From a candidate division WOR-3 bacterium (GTDB lineage: Bacteria; Hydrothermota; Tepidihabitantia; Tepidihabitantales; Tepidihabitantaceae): a stretch of DNA of 64,000 nt. Made by a program: the position numbers and the translations under genes. The stretch is taken from contig JBBISL010000007.1 of NCBI GenBank assembly GCA_037441285.1, positions 1 through 64,000 on the forward strand, given 5' to 3'. The notes beneath the pieces are model-generated. The model was not told the DNA's origin and did no database searches. It saw only the letters and a program-made list of their open reading frames with translations. Below, in pieces: positions 63,743-64,000 of this stretch (position 1 is the stretch's first letter; every line of letters starts with the position of its first letter).

Positions 63743-63786
63743 TGTTAGCCTCATCTAATTTTAACCGTCAAAAGGCGTGGAGTCAA
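63726..63786 (-). promoter_or_regulatory. Promoter TTGACT-N17-TAAAAT overlapped by tandem TTAG-N6-(C/A)TAA operator-like palindromes
   Basis: TTAGATGAGGCTAA (63745-63758) and TTAGTTAAGAATAA (63726-63739). Confidence 0.6.
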
Positions 63787-63828
63787 GCGATGACCAGTCG
63801 AAGCGGTCTGGGGTTGGGGGTGAAGTTT

Positions 63829-64000
63829 TTAGCTACCCGGACACTGCCGGCATATTATCGGGTCCAGGCCCCGGCCTTCGTAGGCACGGTGGAAGTGGTT
63901 CTGGAATTCGGTGATAAGTTTTTTTGCCCTTTCTTCGTATGCGGCTTTGCTGTCCCAGGTATTTTTCGGGTTGAGAATTTTGGGGTCGGCGACATTGGGG
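63829..64000 (-). CDS. pckA: Phosphoenolpyruvate carboxykinase (ATP), C-terminal fragment
   Basis: Manual translation PNVADPKILNPKNTWDSKAAYEERAKKLITEFQNHF...; matches the ILNP..TW.D...Y...A..L...F..NF tail. Confidence 0.75.
   Translation of the reverse strand, partial: PNVADPKILNPKNTWDSKAAYEERAKKLITEFQNHFHRAYEGRGLDPIICRQCPGS

Overview
A 64-kb chromosomal segment from an anaerobic diderm bacterium. The TonB-dependent receptors, lipoproteins and a gingipain-like C25 protease with a FlgD/T9SS-type tail resemble FCB-related candidate phyla such as WOR-3; this placement is inference only. Left to right: a partial Gfo/Idh/MocA dehydrogenase; a TonB-dependent receptor with a sigma54 promoter, downstream of an NtrC-type two-component pair; a GT-C glycosyltransferase and CofE-like ligase divergent from murJ; PAC2 and GNAT genes; tRNA(CAT); pyrR-pyrB-pyrC; a DUF5916-type outer-membrane protein; three parvulin/SurA PPIases flanked by two paralogous PKD + beta-propeller lipoproteins; a 16.4-kb flxDCBA-hdrCBA-hdrL-mvhD-fdhB-like-hdrCC-hdrA electron-bifurcation cluster; archease; a cysteine desulfurase; lspA; a TackOD1-like/nuclease-fold protein; nrdJ; DUF554; tRNA-Arg(CCG); a nitroreductase; rimI; a C25 peptidase; a cobalamin riboswitch with btuB; an M23 peptidase; feoB/feoA/DtxR-family; and a partial pckA. 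No CRISPR array, integrase or transposase was seen. Non-coding signals include apparently leaderless promoters, paired TGT-N10-ACA enhancers, a DtxR-type operator, and three small repeat families that have entered coding sequence. All assignments come from motif reading by eye; no database searches were run.
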